DNA from: Phoronis australis
Taxonomy: Eukaryota; Animalia; Phoronida
Assembly (NCBI GenBank): GCA_002633005.1
Contig: NMRA01000004.1
Span: 625,846-689,845 of the forward strand
Direction of reading: 5' to 3'
DNA length: 64,000 nucleotides
Numbering within the stretch: position 1 is the first letter of the stretch; the number at the start of each line of letters is the position of its first letter. A model generated the notes under the pieces. It saw nothing but the letters and a program-made list of their open reading frames with translations. It had not been told where the DNA came from and did no database searches. A program made the translations under genes and the position numbers. Positions 39,101 to 54,100 of this stretch are shown piece by piece.

Positions 39101-42100
39101 ACCAGAATCATTCCCATGGTGCACAAATAAAATATCAGGGGAAAATACATTGGAAGCAGTCTCTTTGGTGGCATCAAACACAGACCTCTGCTCATCTTCA
39201 TTTGGAGGGTATGCCGGCCTTGGGGTATTTGGCACCTTTCCACCTTTGCTTGGGTTACGAACATTGGGAAACAATTCGTAAGGTGCCAAGTTCAATCTAG
39301 CCATGGCTGGTCAAATGGCCAATACAACACACTTGCACAACTTTACAACTTTCATGGAGTTCACTAATTTGTTAGGATAAGATGCACTCCTTTCAAACCG
39401 AACATCAGTTAACAATCCATCCTACAAAAGTTAGTATGTTAATTGAAATACAAAATCTAGTAATTTATTAGCCCAGGAGTTCACACACCAGCATGTTTAA
39501 TATACAGAAATTTGAAGTTACGAGAAATTCGCAGATAGTTGTATTTCAGGTTAACTTAGCAAAGTTTATGTGCACAACAGCCTTTATGTACTATTGGTTA
39601 CACCAGTGTATCATTGTCACCTCTTGAAAATTTCTAAAACTGAAACTCCCTGAGTTCCAAAGTAGCATAATTTAGTCTGAGAGCCAGGACTAAATCCCGT
39701 CACACCTAACTTAGCTTCCACCAAATGATCTACATTAACTTTCACAAAATGCACTCTCGCCATGCAACCATTGATGAACCAATTGTTTGGTAGCAGAAAG
39801 AACCAATGTGCACGTGTCTAGTCAGCAGCAAAGAGAACAACTTCATTAGCAAGACTGTATTTCAGGGGCCTATTTCGCCAACATTACAATAGTTTTTACA
39901 GTCTCTAAACGGAGATTTACACCAAAACTTGTTTGTAATTCTTTGTTTAGACTCTGTGTGGAACAACGGAAAGTTGGTATATTTTACTGAAACAAATGCC
40001 AGAATCATACATTCACAGAGTGAATCAAAACAAATTTAAACACTATTGAACTGTACATCATCCACACATTTGCAAAGTGAAAAATTTAAAGAAAAGCAGG
40101 AAAAGCAAATTCAAACGTAGATTCAAAAGCTGCTTCGTGCGCACCTTCATGCAGAGAAGACGAGGTTTCAGGACGAGGCTCCTGAACTGGTGTAGGATCG
40201 ATGGGTTCAGGGGTCAACGCAGGTTCAGATTGAGGATCAACAGAAGGGAACTCAGATCTGGTAGGCGTAGGTTCAGGCTGAGGTTCAAGTACTGGAGAAA
40301 CAGATGTTTTTTACATGAACAAGACTAACATACGAAGTTACAGATAAAACTTGAAAGCAAGCTGAAGGATATGGCTGTTCATTCCCACATTTACAGTTTG
40401 AATATAAAATGAAATGTAGAAATAGGAATAGCCATCCTTTTTTCTTGTATATACTTTCAAAATTTATCAGTAATGATGTCATAGGATAATGCTACAAGTG
40501 ATGTAAAGACAAGTAAGTGACATAATGCTAAAACAAGGTTTAAACCACTAAATAAAAGTGCACAAAAAGAGACTAAATTATATCTCATGAAATGAAATCC
40601 AAAAAACAACCACCGTGAGCTCAAATATTAAGAACTGATACATATATAGAAGATAAAGAATCTCCTTTAAAATAGCCTTTGAAACTAGAAGTATTGGGTG
40701 AAATCAGGATACAAGTGCAATAACTGAAATAATGCGTGCTTTTGAACAAAAACGTAGCACAAACATTCAATCCCTCAACCACCGAAAACAGTAAGTTTAC
40801 AAACAAACGAGACTGCTCGAAATTTTAAATCCTTCACTGTGAATGACAAGGGCATACAACGTACCTGGAGTCACACTCTGTACTCCAGAGTCAACAGAGG
40901 GCGCTGGAGGGATAGGACTGCAATATAACAACGAAAGAAAACATGTAGCACTGGACGAGATCCTTCAAGTGAAAACTTGTTGGTAAGTTTTATTGGTGGT
41001 TAGCGAGTCACGTATACATCCAGTTTTGTAAAAAATTATGGCAAAAATCATACAAATTGCAGAGAAATTTTTATTGAAAACATAGCCATTTTCACTAAAC
41101 TAGAAGCAGCATTTGCACATGGAACAAAGCAATAAATGAGAAGTGCCAAAACTATTCCTTTCAAAATTTTAGCCATATTTTACAACAGAATTAACGTTGC
41201 TCACTTGTAAACTATTAAATATTTATTTTTCTAACCACTTCATATCTTTTTAATAGTTCATGTAGTTGACATAACTTCAGAAACATGGATGTCAATATTC
41301 AAAACATTCAAGTGAAATGGGCACAAACAATGACTTTCTACAGTTTCAGAGAAAATGGGCAACAAACTTGTCTTTACAATCTATTATTACGTCTGGGCTT
41401 GTATTTGAATTTCACAATACCTGCTTGCCAATGGAAAACTGTGACAACAAAACCAAACGAAATGCAGAGTGTAATCAAACATTACAATACCAATGTGGAC
41501 AGGCAAATGTTACCTCAATATAGGACAGAAACTCACCTTTCAACCTCAGGTTCTGGGCTCGGCGAAGGTGGCTCACGACTGGATACTGGAGTTATTTCAC
41601 GTGGTACAGATGGTGGTAGTGGCGTCTCTTCCGAAGGTACAGGCGATGGTTGAGGTAATTCTAGCCTGACCTCTTGTACTGGCTGCGGTGGTGGGCTCGG
41701 AGACTGAAATAGGCAAGGCATAAAATTCAGTGAATGGTAACAAATCAAAAAATTACACCTCATTTCCATTTACTGTTTTAGTTTGTATAATATGCTACGT
41801 GTTGACATCCTTCCAGGGGACATGATTTGATAGTAATACTATCATTTTATATTTCTATCATTCTGTCATTAAAGTAGCTATTTATCTGAACTCTATTTCC
41901 ATTGAATCTAACACAGAACATAGTTCATTTCTAAGTACAGTAAAACTTCATAATAGGAACCAAATTTCATGAAAATCTGCCAAGTAACTCCAAAGAATAC
42001 TAAAACTGCTACTAGGGGCACAGTAGTAGTTGGGTCTCTCTGAAAGTTTTCTCGTCTCTATAGGATCACACCTGTCAACTTTCTTGAAGATCCTTCAAGG

Positions 42101-45100
42101 GGATACAGAAGCGGATGCCAGATGACCAAACACAGGTCACGGCAAAATGCACCCACTATGTATATACGGAGGCATAAAATTGAGGTGCACAACCTGGATA
42201 AGCAAGTGCACGGCTTACACATTTCTAGAACTACATGTGGTCAAACTGGGCAAGGGTAAGAGAAAAAGCAAGCACAAAACCACAACAAAGTTTGTAGAAA
42301 AAGCTTAAGCAATATATAGTCATTTAAGAAAATTAATATCATGCTATTACAGTAACGTATTTGAAAGGTCTTCAATTCAATCTTCAGATAAAAATCATGT
42401 TACTTTCAAGAGACTTTGGCAACTTACAGACTTTTCAAGATTATTGATGCAGTTCATCTATGGAAACATCTAGCACACACGAGAGTGATATTGTAATCTA
42501 CATGAAAACTGAAGCCGAGTGTTGTATGTGGGCAAACATTCTTTCAAGGAAAAGGAAAAGGAAAATTTTCTAGATTTTCCAAAAAACATACAAAATTTTA
42601 TGATGTTAATTGAACTCCAAACCTTTCATAGTCACATATAAAAGAACACTTATACTACACCCACCACCCAATGCTCAAATATCCACAGCATTCAGCGGCT
42701 TGTTCCGTAACCGTAGAAACACCAGCAGCGGGAAATCTTGGCGTTTACTTACATAATTCAACATTCCAGCCTTGACATCTAATCACTTATTAAAGTGTAC
42801 ATTTCACTATTCTACACTAGAAAGGGTAATAGTCACTTACATAAGTCCTGCATTAAGAACCAGTTTTCTTTAGTGAATAATGCCAACTGGTTCTCAAAAT
42901 CCGAGACTCCTATAAGTGACTATTGCCCTGGTGTGATATGTTGCAGTCATAAATCCCACAGCTTTTCTCGTAAGAAACTTCCACCAAAGAAAGTATCCCA
43001 GATCAAGTAATTCAAAGGTAACAAGTCGTAAGAAACATAGTAATAGCTCAACATGAAATTGCCTTACACAGACGATTGTTCCTACAACATCCCTCAGGTT
43101 ACTTTATCATCCATGTTGACTCAAACAGTAAGTTCAAAGCCGTAGCAGCCCTCCAGACATAAAATGAAGTCCCCAAGGGGAAATTTGTCACAGAATCGAT
43201 CAGATTTTGAAACTTTTTTAGCAAAATGACCGTTACTTAAAAATTCTTGACAAAACATTAATTTCACAATTGGACATTATGCACCAACTGCTCCAGTTTT
43301 GGCAAAATTGGAATTCGAAAAATGAGCAAAACAAAATGGCTAAAACTAATAAAATGAAAAAGAACACTGTGGCCTACACATTGGCAGCCCCCAAGAAGCA
43401 ATCTATCGAACCATTGGAAATCAATAACATTTAATCACACCAATCACATCTGTCATGCTGAATAGACTGTAACAATGGCATCCTAATTACTTCAACCCAA
43501 TTAGTGCAAAACAATGCTACAGCATTGAATGAGAAAAGACGGCAATTGAATAAGAATGATTAATTTTTTGTTGACGTGTAAAGTTGCTGGATCTCATAGA
43601 TTCAATAAAGCAACCTAATGAAGTATGATTGTGACCTCAACAAACATTTGACCAATAGAAAAACAATGTGGAAGTAAAGAAAGGGAACAGAGTAACGGAA
43701 GGACTCAGAATGGCTGACAGATACTTCTGATATCCAAAAATAAAAGTAAAAGTAAAAGTAACATTCTGTTTTTTAACAAAAGCCTCAAACGAAGTTCGTA
43801 CAGCATTTATGTGTTCACGCAAGCCATGTTGTCATTCTTTTTACAGATTTTTCCTTAATTCTAGACTTAATTCCGATTTTACCATGAACAATATGGAAGC
43901 AATTCTCTTCTAACACTAGGAACAGTGTCAAGCAAAATTTCAGATTTCAAAATATATAATTACTAATTCGTCCTACCGTTCATTAACAATCCATGTCTCC
44001 TTAAGGTCTTATCTCCAAACTCAAAATCAAAACTTGAAGAAATAATGTTGCGCATGATTCGAGAAGAACTTTATAAATATATAAGTTCAGTGGAAGTGTG
44101 CCATCCTATGGGTAAATTTTTGAGCTGAGCTCGGCCCTGGACTTTGGATTTTATATTTTCCTTCTTAAAGAATTTTCATTATAAATGGTATTTCAATATA
44201 TTTTGCTCATTACTGTACAACACACTAACTGTGTAATTGTTTTCGCAAAGCCTTAACAGAAAGTAGTCTGACTAGGTAGCCCACCTTCTCGAAATATAGT
44301 CAATAAATAAACATGACAAAACAGAAACAGCAATTTCCATGATCAAGTTGTTTCGTTTAGACATTTACATGATCGAAGCTGCATTTCACCCTGTTTAGGT
44401 CGATGAAAACAAAAACTGAATTAGGCCTTTTACTCTCATAAAATCAGTCTCATAAATGCATTTCTCACATGACCTGGAATGTGTTACGACACGACTGGTT
44501 AATAACGCTGAGTACGTAATTTTTTGATATTACATGGGCAAGTCACAAAGTAGTGCAAAGTAGAAATCCATACGCCTTACATTTTATCATCCGCAAAACA
44601 CTAAAACAACCTAACGCGTGCCAACCAAACAACACCAGAATTCCAAGAAATTGACAAGGTTATGATTGACAAATTTGGTGTCGCAACAGCATGTACTCCC
44701 AGTCGGAAGGACATGCAAACAACTTCTTAAAGAGACCCATCTTCGGTGGCGAATTCCATATCCATGTTCATTTAAATGGATACGACCCCCAACACAAGAA
44801 ACATGGCGAGACTGTCTAGCTGTGCTGTCTCAAGGTCAATTCAGTGCTCATGCACAGGGAAGCCTTGCTTATAAATATTTTTTTAAGTTTTATACTTACA
44901 ACTTCAAACACTATTTATAAGATTCTAACTTGAATATTTGTTACGAAAGCTGAATGCAATTTACAATTGTTAAGCTTAAAATAAACCTATTAACAAAAAG
45001 TAATTGAATTACTTTACATTGCGCAAGCGTGTTTTTACAAAAGTTGCGTTGTGTGGTTGAAAGTTTTAGACATATTGAGTTTTTTGGCAAAAAAGATTGT

Positions 45101-48100
45101 TTTTATGGTTCGTGTGAGAAAACGAATCCTACACTCGTCTCAGGTTTACAACATAGGCAAAACCTCCTGGAAATTTCCAAGAGGTTTTGCCCATGTCATC
45201 AACCTGAGACTCGTTTAGGATTCTCTATTACTATGATAGGATTCTATTTTCATTGGCAACAAGAACCTCAAAACCGTTAGCGACTCAAGAAAACATTTCA
45301 GAATTTATTGCGGTTGACCAACCCTAAAATTGGGAATTTGACAATGGAGCAAGTATGCATTGGCTGTGACTTGAGTTGGTAACAGAAATGGAATCCTATC
45401 ACAGTAAGGAATATTAAGAGAAAGGCTTAAGAGAGTAACAATCCTAAATTTGATCTTTGTTTTTAGCCTTCTGAAAAGGGTGAAATGCAACTAAAAGCAT
45501 TATCAAATAAAACATAAACAACAATGTGACTGCTTGAGTACTGTGCTTAACAATGCACAAAATAAATGTCAAAAAGACTAAAGTCAATTTTTTAGAGTAT
45601 TAAAAGAAATAAGTTATTTCTCGGTATTATGTACTCTTTCACCCTTAGATGCGGTGGTATATGGTAACATTTTAGTACCTATAATCAACTGCAGTGGAAT
45701 GAGAGTGTGTACGAGCCACTTGCAAATAATAAATAACAATTTCAGCTGTTGCTATGGTTATTAGTTGTTGCTGGGCAGCTATGCTAAATTCAGACAAACT
45801 GCATTTTTACGCCAAAAATTGACAACACCAAACAGAGCTAGAGACCCTGATTTTCTATATTCGAAAACAGAGCAAACATAATATTCTATTGTCCTTCCCT
45901 TCTGCTGTATTTATGCTTTACCCAAAACTTGCTTGTGCTACATGTAATGCCTATTGTGCTTATTATCTCTCAAAAACAAAAAAACTGTGCCACCTTCAGA
46001 GAGAACAAACAACTACTTGAGCATGACAGTTGCAAAATGATCATCGATCAATTTGTACTCAGAATCAAGTCTTGGGTAATGAACTTGATGGATTATATTA
46101 TTTCTTGGTAACTAAAACTCAAAAAAAAAAAACAAATGTATAGTACCTACACCTGAAATATGTGAATTCCATTCAAAATCTCTAATTCTGTGAAGTAAGT
46201 TCGATTTAGTAAATTCCATCCGTTTTCCGTTGTCATGGAAAATCGGGATCTCAACAGAGCACAAACTGTAAACACCCCTGTTTAACCAAACATTTAGAAC
46301 CAGAAATATTGCTGGTAAACTTTAGAGCTACTTTTGTTCATGCATTCAATCACAATTACACGTAACACAAGTACTACCTTGGGTGTCGGAGCTCTCTCCT
46401 GCTTAGGTGCTTGAATGACCACTTGAGGAGGTGGCTTCCATTCCTGTATTGGCTCCCGCTCTACCGTCTTCAGCTCAAATTTTTTGGGCTCCTGCAAATG
46501 TTCCCACTACACTGATAACATTAAACACACTATCAGCCTCTACTTAAGAGAACGTGCAGACTACACTAGCACGTAGAATTTGGTTCAAGGCACAAAAACA
46601 ATGCAGCAATCAACTTGTTTGTTTGGTCAGATACTTCATTGCTTACTTGGGTCACACCTCGCTTGACCTTTGTATTGACAAATCATTTTGTTTATTGATA
46701 CATGAGTCTGGACATCAAAGTTATTAACAACTGGGGTATTCAAGGCAGCTAAATAAGCCCAGATCATTTCCAACATAATCAATTCATTTGCCAACTACTT
46801 GAGCATAACAAGCCCAAGAACTTAAAGACAAGAGGCAATTGAGACTAGACAATTACCAGTATTACGTATATTTATAGAGTTGATCAAGTGCCTTCTGTTG
46901 ATTGGTTATTGCTTTGATTACATAATATCTCTTCTACAGTCCTCTCACTGCACAGAACTAATCTTAATACAGCAATTCTTTAATTAATGCATACAAAATT
47001 CTACACATTCCGGTTTTCATAGAGATGTATTTGAAGCATTTTATGGCTCTGCAAGTTGTTGGGGTCTTAATTAAAGTGTATGAATTGTTAGATAAATCAT
47101 GGACTCATGAGAAATGCAAGTTGTTGTACTAAGTTAACAGAAGTATTACTGCAGCAACCAAAAATGAGCTATTCCAATCCATCAGTTCACCATTGTGCCT
47201 AAGTCTAAATTTCACGGATTGCATACAAGTAATTACCTTATATGTGGACTCCAATTTGGCAAAATCAATGAAGTCTGTAGTGGGCTTGGTATTTTTCTTT
47301 GGAGTAAAGCCCTCTCCATAGTTGATGTTGAGCTCTCGATTTTTACTAAATGGCGACTCTGAAATAGTAACCTTCTTTTCCCGTGGTTTCACTGTAAATG
47401 CTTTGGGAGCTGAAAATCAGTTGGACGTTATTTTATTCATAATGCAAAAACGACTTTCATTTTGCAAAACAGATTGAAAAGACAAGAAACTGAACGGTAG
47501 GTTAACATATGACGTAAAAATAATTTACCTAAAAAGCAACTAAGACAAAATAAAGCAAGTTGTTTTAAAATAAGAAGAAATATTAATGAACAGAAGAAAA
47601 TAAATAACGAGGAAGGAAAATGATAAAATTTCACCAATCTCAGGCAAAAACTATTACCAAAACTGTCCATAACTTCTCAAAACGTTGACTGTTGGCAGCT
47701 ATGGTATGGAACTTGAAAATGATAAGGAATTTATTGGGTGCTATTCATTTTTTGTGAAAAGTGAAGGAATACAATTTCACTTGTTTGCACTATTGTGTCC
47801 GAAATTGGTGAGATCTTAACATGCATGTCAATGAAGCAACGAAACAAACCGATAATAACAGATAGAACAGAAAATGCATCGTAAGGTACTTCATTCAAAG
47901 GCCAGAAAAAATACATTTTCAGAAATAAAAAAGGAAAGGGGATAAAATTTTCAGAAACCCTATGGTTTGTTGGTATTTTTCTACTTAGAAGTGCATTAAA
48001 ACCAACACCAGGAGAAGGGTATCTAATTATCAACAAATAAACAAAGATTAATTCATTGTGCTACTAAACATCTAGTGACTAGTTCACAAGATCACCACCA

Positions 48101-51100
48101 GGTGGCGATACTGTCTATACTCTACATTTCTGCTTCCAAAAGTCAATGATGTTTACCACTCTAATTTTTGTCAAAACATTTTCAAGAGTAAACATATATC
48201 CATTTAGGTTGGTTCGGTACAAAAAGAAAAATGTACATACAACAGTGCATTGCTATTGTTTTAAACAATAACGTGTTTCCTCATAAGACTTCAGTTTTTG
48301 GAAGAAGTCAAGATTATTAAAGCGCACCTGCGAAGACCATTTGTAAATCAAAATCAAGCCTGAATGACTCAGTTGTTTAACAGATATAGAAATTTCAAAT
48401 TGACAATATGGCCATTAACTGTTGTTGAGTCGGAATTATTTACTATAACTTTGTCACCCAAAAAAAAGAAGCCATTTTCCAACGATAATTGAAGTTCAGC
48501 CCAGAAAGCAATAGAAAACATTATACCTGGGCTCCGGTTCATTGAAGTAATAAACACGGGTTCCATATTTTTAAATTGAATTCATTTCTGCGATACACAG
48601 TCTTTGCCTGAAAGGAACATTTGATGACAAAGTTTTTGTTGTCATCAACCACTGGACCAATAATATTTTCTCAAAATTCCAGACATTCACTAGACAAAAT
48701 TAATTACTCTTAGGGCCCCCTCATATCTTTAACTCCAAACATCAACAATCATGCCTGACTATTGCATATCTTAACTATAATCATAAAGGTCACCTTTGTA
48801 CATAGACACATAGGAATCCCTGTCACGAGTGGCTCTCTCCAGGGCTAAATACGTCGATGTATCAATCTTATTCTCTGCAGTTGAAAACACATCGATCACA
48901 TTATAGGTTGTAAAACCTTCATCAAATGCTTCTAATTTAACTTCCGTCCACTCGATAATCAGCTACAGTTGAAAATTTAAATTTCTAAAATTTGATACAT
49001 GAGCCCAACTCACTTGACGTTTTAAAAGAACACAAAAAATTGCAACAAGAAAAGGGCATCACTGTGATAATTTTGTATTGCACAATTGCACACAGTCTGT
49101 TGAAAGCCGTTACAAGATTAGAATAAATTCAACATACATGGCTTCCTAATGAGATTTTGGCATGACAGACGTGTACAGTGAATTGATTATTTTTTTGTCG
49201 AACATCGTCTCCAGATCACATTTAAATGCGTTCAACACTACAGACAATGCTTAACATAGCGTGGAATGAAGTCATCAATAATTGACATACCGGTAAGTGA
49301 GATGAATATGTGTAATAAGCCATGCAGTGCTTAAGCCAATCTGACTGAAGGTGGTTTGATTCAGATTTAAATGAAAACACTCGCTTCTGCTGTATTGATT
49401 GGGAAATAAATGACGACAAGTATTTATCATAACTTACGCTACCAGGAAATGGAAAGCATCCTGTCAATATGAAGATACAACATGTCGGTGATTATTTTCC
49501 TTTGAATATCATAAAACCACAAATCTTAAGGAATTTTTAATGTGATAGAACCACAAACCATAAGGACTATATATATATATATATATAAGAAAATTCACCT
49601 TATTAAAATCATGAAGACGTGTAATAAACATCCATAATAATATCACACCAAAGTTGTAATGACTGAATCAAACCACTTTCAATACCAAGTGCATGCATAC
49701 AGTACTTGTACATGGCTGTGCAGCTGTGTATCCACACTCCCGGACCACTAAGGCACTCACCAAAACTTCATGCAAAAGATTCAATACAAGCAGCAAAATG
49801 GCACACTGGATTTGTTTAACCAATTCGGTTTTACTAGGGGGGCCTTTGACGAAAACTTGAACGAATGACAAAGGCAGAAAATTTGGAAATAAAAATAAAG
49901 GTCAACCCCACTCTAAACTAATCACGGGAAGCTGGATTCAGTCGGGAATTTGGACGTCTGAGGGTTAGTGCTAGACTAGAGTATGAAGCCTTAATTAAAG
50001 GGAGTATATCTAAAATGAAAATAATACTTTATGAATGTAAACATCAACCATTCAGACCAGACATAGTCATGTCAATAATTTTCGTCAACAATGTGTTAAT
50101 AAATTTCAAATAATATTTCCCTTAAATCCTAATGAATTAAAATGTAAATATTCAACAGTTGGAGTGGAAAGCCATGTTGGACGTTACATAACTTTACCAT
50201 TCACCAGCCATTCAGTGCAAAACCCAGATTATTGAGCAGAAAAGTTCTCTGTAGCGCACTCAAACGATGTTGGACCAACTGAGGTACGAAACAGAAACCA
50301 TACATGATAGGCTTATTCCCTTTGCCACTGACTTTCAGGTGTCTTGAAACTTATCAGGAAATGACGCGATATTGAGGTATTTAACCAAATGAAGAGATTC
50401 GAAAACAATGAGATAAAATTATCAGTTTTGAAGAACTGAATTTAGGGAAAGAAACTAAACTTTCTTAGCGCATATTTTTATACTTTCAGACAATACCACC
50501 CTGTTCACAGAAACTGCAATTTAATTTTATGAAATCACGGTCCCATGTCGTGGTAACAGACAAAAAGTTCATTAGTCTCCATTGTTTAACACACAGACTG
50601 GTGAACTTTTCACACCTGACATTTCGTTAAGCTAACACGACAGGAGGGTGGGGGGTACTCTACCCAATTTTGGATTGGAATGTGTAGCCCAGGGTTCTAA
50701 AATGCCAGTTAACCGACTAAATTTACTGGCCTCTCAACCATAGATAGAAAATTCGACTCCACCACATGATTTTTCCAGACATTTTGGTCAAGAGCTAGTT
50801 GCTCGAAAATGGACCACAGCCAAGATTTTATCCCTCAGCAACACGTTCCCGTTCCAGTATACCCAGTCAGCGGTGGTAATAAACACCCAAAACACAATCA
50901 CCACCACCATCTTCACACTCTTGGAACACTCTAGTGCAAATAGCAAATCATAAGCCATCGCAGTTTAGCAAAAATAAACAAACTGAAGATGCAATCCATT
51001 TAAAAAGCCCCTGTCAGCTAGTAGTAACAAATATTGGGTATTGCAAAATTCGAATTTCCATTGATGATTTTTCTTTTAAGTACGATAAATTACTCAGTAG

Positions 51101-54100
51101 GCCAACAACATCATTTCGTACACTCATTCCTCTTCTTTGTAGGGACTATTCTAAATGGATTGCTCCCTCAATTTAAGGCATGGCCATTTATAAAAGGGTG
51201 TCGAACGCATTGACAACACGAGCTTGCTCTTCAATTGTGAAAATGTGCGAAAAGTGCAGGCAAAACAAATTCACCTCGATGTAGTCTCCTGAACAACAGG
51301 TGGCGCAAGTGGCGCTCATGCAAAATTGCCTTCACTGCCCGCAAAGATTTGTACACTGCAACAGGAAAAGTCATTAACATCGGCATCACTAATAGCTCGG
51401 CCTGGATATGTGAACTTATTCATTTCATTACACTAACTCAGTTGTACATTATCAAAAATTAGCATCACCTCTAGCTGAGTTTTATAGGCTGCAACAGTAT
51501 GCTTAACAATGGCATCATTTTCATCTCTATTCCAGTAAAGTCATTACAGACTTTTCCTGTTTGAATCAATAATGGAACTCACGCATGAAATGAGTTTGAT
51601 TACCATTTCTAAGTTATTCTGTTCGAAGCTCAATACCACGCACAACAAGAACAACTGCTTCCAATTGCAGAAAATCATATGTATGTGAGTGTGTGCATGC
51701 GCGTGTGTGTATATATATACAGATATATATGTATAATTATACATAATATATATATAGTGTAAGGATTTTCCAACTTCAAAGAAATAAAAATTCAGTGTTG
51801 TCATTTTCACATTTTCAACAACTTAATACGACTTTTACTAAATACTGTTTAAGACAGAAGTCTGGTACAAACCATGTTGCCATTGAAGTGAACTAACTTA
51901 ATCTTTCAAGTTTGTTGCGGAAGTAATTCTTTTTCAAAAGTCGTGTCTCAAACTGAAGAATCTTTACAGAAGAGAGGTANGCTGGATTCAGTCGGGAATT
52001 TGGACGTCTGAGGGTTAGTGCTAGACTAGAGTATGAAGCCCTAAGGGAGTATATCTAAAATGAAAATAATACTTTATGAATGTAAACATCAACCATTGAG
52101 ACCAGACATAGTCACGCCAATAATTTTCGTCAACAATGTGTTAATAAATTTCAAATAATATTTCCCTTAAATCCTAATGAATTAAAATGTAAATATTCAA
52201 CAGTTGGAGTGGAAAGCCATGTTGGACATTACATAACTTTACCATTCACCAGCCATTCAGTGCAAAACCCAGATTATTGAGCAGAAAAGTTCTCTGTAGC
52301 GCACTCAAATGATGTTGGACCAACTGAGGTAAGAAACAGAAACCATACACGATAGGCTTATTCCTTTTGCCAATGACTTTCAGGTGTCTTGAAACTTGTC
52401 AGAAAATGATGCGATATTGAGGTATTTAACCAAATGAAGAGATTCAAAAACAATGAGATAAAATTACGAGTTTTGAAGAACTGAATTTAGGCTAACAACA
52501 AAGTGGGATGGAAACTAAACTTTCTTAGCAAATATTTTTATACTTTCAGACAATACCACCCTGTTCACAGAAACTGCAATTTAATTTTATGAAATCACGG
52601 TCCCATGTCGTGGTAACAGACAAAAAGTTCATTAGTCTCCATTGTTTAACACACAGACTTGTGAACTTTTCACACCTGACATTTCGTTAAGCTAACACGA
52701 CAGGTGGGTGGGGGGTACTCTACCCAATTTTGGATTGGAATGTGTAGCCTGAGATCTAAAATGCCAGTTAACCAAGTTTACTGGCCTCTCAACCATCTAT
52801 AGAAAATGCGACACCGTACCACATGATTTTTCCAGACATTTTGGTCAAGAGCTAGTTGCTTAAAAATGGACCACAGCCAAGATTTTATCCCTCAGCAGCA
52901 CTTCCCGTTCCAGTATACCCAGTCAGTGATAATAAACACCCAAAACACAAATACCACCACCATCTTCACACTCTTGGAACACTCTAGTGCAAATAGCAAA
53001 TCATAAGCCATTGCAGTATAGCAAAAATAAACAAACTGAAGATGCAATCCATGATTTAAAGAGCCCCTGTCAGCTAGTAGTAACAAATATTGGGTATTGC
53101 AAAATTCAAATTTCCATTGATGATTTTTCTTTTAAGTACGATAAATTGCTCAGTAGGCCAACAAGGTCATTTTGTACACTCATTCAGCTTCTTTGTAGGG
53201 ACTATTCTAAATGGATTGCTCCCTCAATTTAAGGCATGGCCATTTATAAAAGGGTGTCAAACACAGTGACAACACGGGCTTGCTCTTCAATTGCGAAATG
53301 TGCGAAAAGTGCAGGCAAAACGAATTCACCTCGATGTAGTCTCCTGAACAACAGGTGGCGCAAGTGGCGCTCATGCAAAATTGCCTTCACTGCCCGCAAA
53401 GATTTGTACACTGCAACAGGAAAAGTCATTAACATCGGCATCACTAATAGCTTGGCCTGGATATGTCAACTTATTCATTTCATTACACTAGGCTCAGTTG
53501 TACATTATCAAAAATTAGCATCACCTCTAGCTCAGTTTTATAGGCTGCAACAGTATGCTTAACAATGGCATCATTTTCAGCTCTATTCCAGTAAAGTCAT
53601 TACAGACTTTTCCTGTTTGAATCAATACGGAACTCACGCATGAAATGAGTTTGATTACCATTTCTAAGTTATTCTGTTCGAAGCTCAATACCACGCACAA
53701 CAAGAACAACTGCTTCCAATTGCAGAAAATCATATGTATGTGAGTGTGTGCATGCGCGTGTGTGTGTATATATATACAGATATATATGTATAATTATACA
53801 TAATATATATATAGTGTAAGGATTTTCCAACTTCAAAGAAATAAAAATTCAGTGTTGTCATTTTCACATTTTCAACAACTTAATACGACTTTTACTAAAT
53901 ACTGTTTAAGACAGAAGTCTGGTACAAACCATGTTGCCATTGAAGTGAACTAACTTAATCTTTCAAGTTTGTTGCGGAAGTAATTCTTTTTCAAAAGTCG
54001 TGTCTCAAACTGAAGAATCTTTACAGAAGAGAGGTAAAAAATCTTAACAGTATGAAAATGCTACTGTTGCGTAATAATGACAAGTTAACCTGGCCGTCAT

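Larger units (their letters stand above)
49931..54036. repeat. ~2.05-kb tandem duplicate split by one N (probable uncollapsed haplotypes)
   Basis: 49931-51979 vs 51981-54036, with scattered SNPs and small indels; N at 51980. Confidence 0.9.

Noticed and set aside
37052-39300. + strand ORFs (up to 189 aa) antisense to the 851-aa ORF
   Set aside because: Antisense shadows; the synonymous-change pattern favours the minus frame.
39862-39965. Imperfect hairpin cagtctctaaac...gtttagactctg, considered as a pre-miRNA
   Set aside because: Preceded by caggggcctatttc, like a Harbinger-MITE end; more likely a decayed MITE.
50800-53733. Hydrophobic short ORFs suggesting a membrane-protein pseudogene
   Set aside because: No receptor motifs; frames are broken differently in the two copies.
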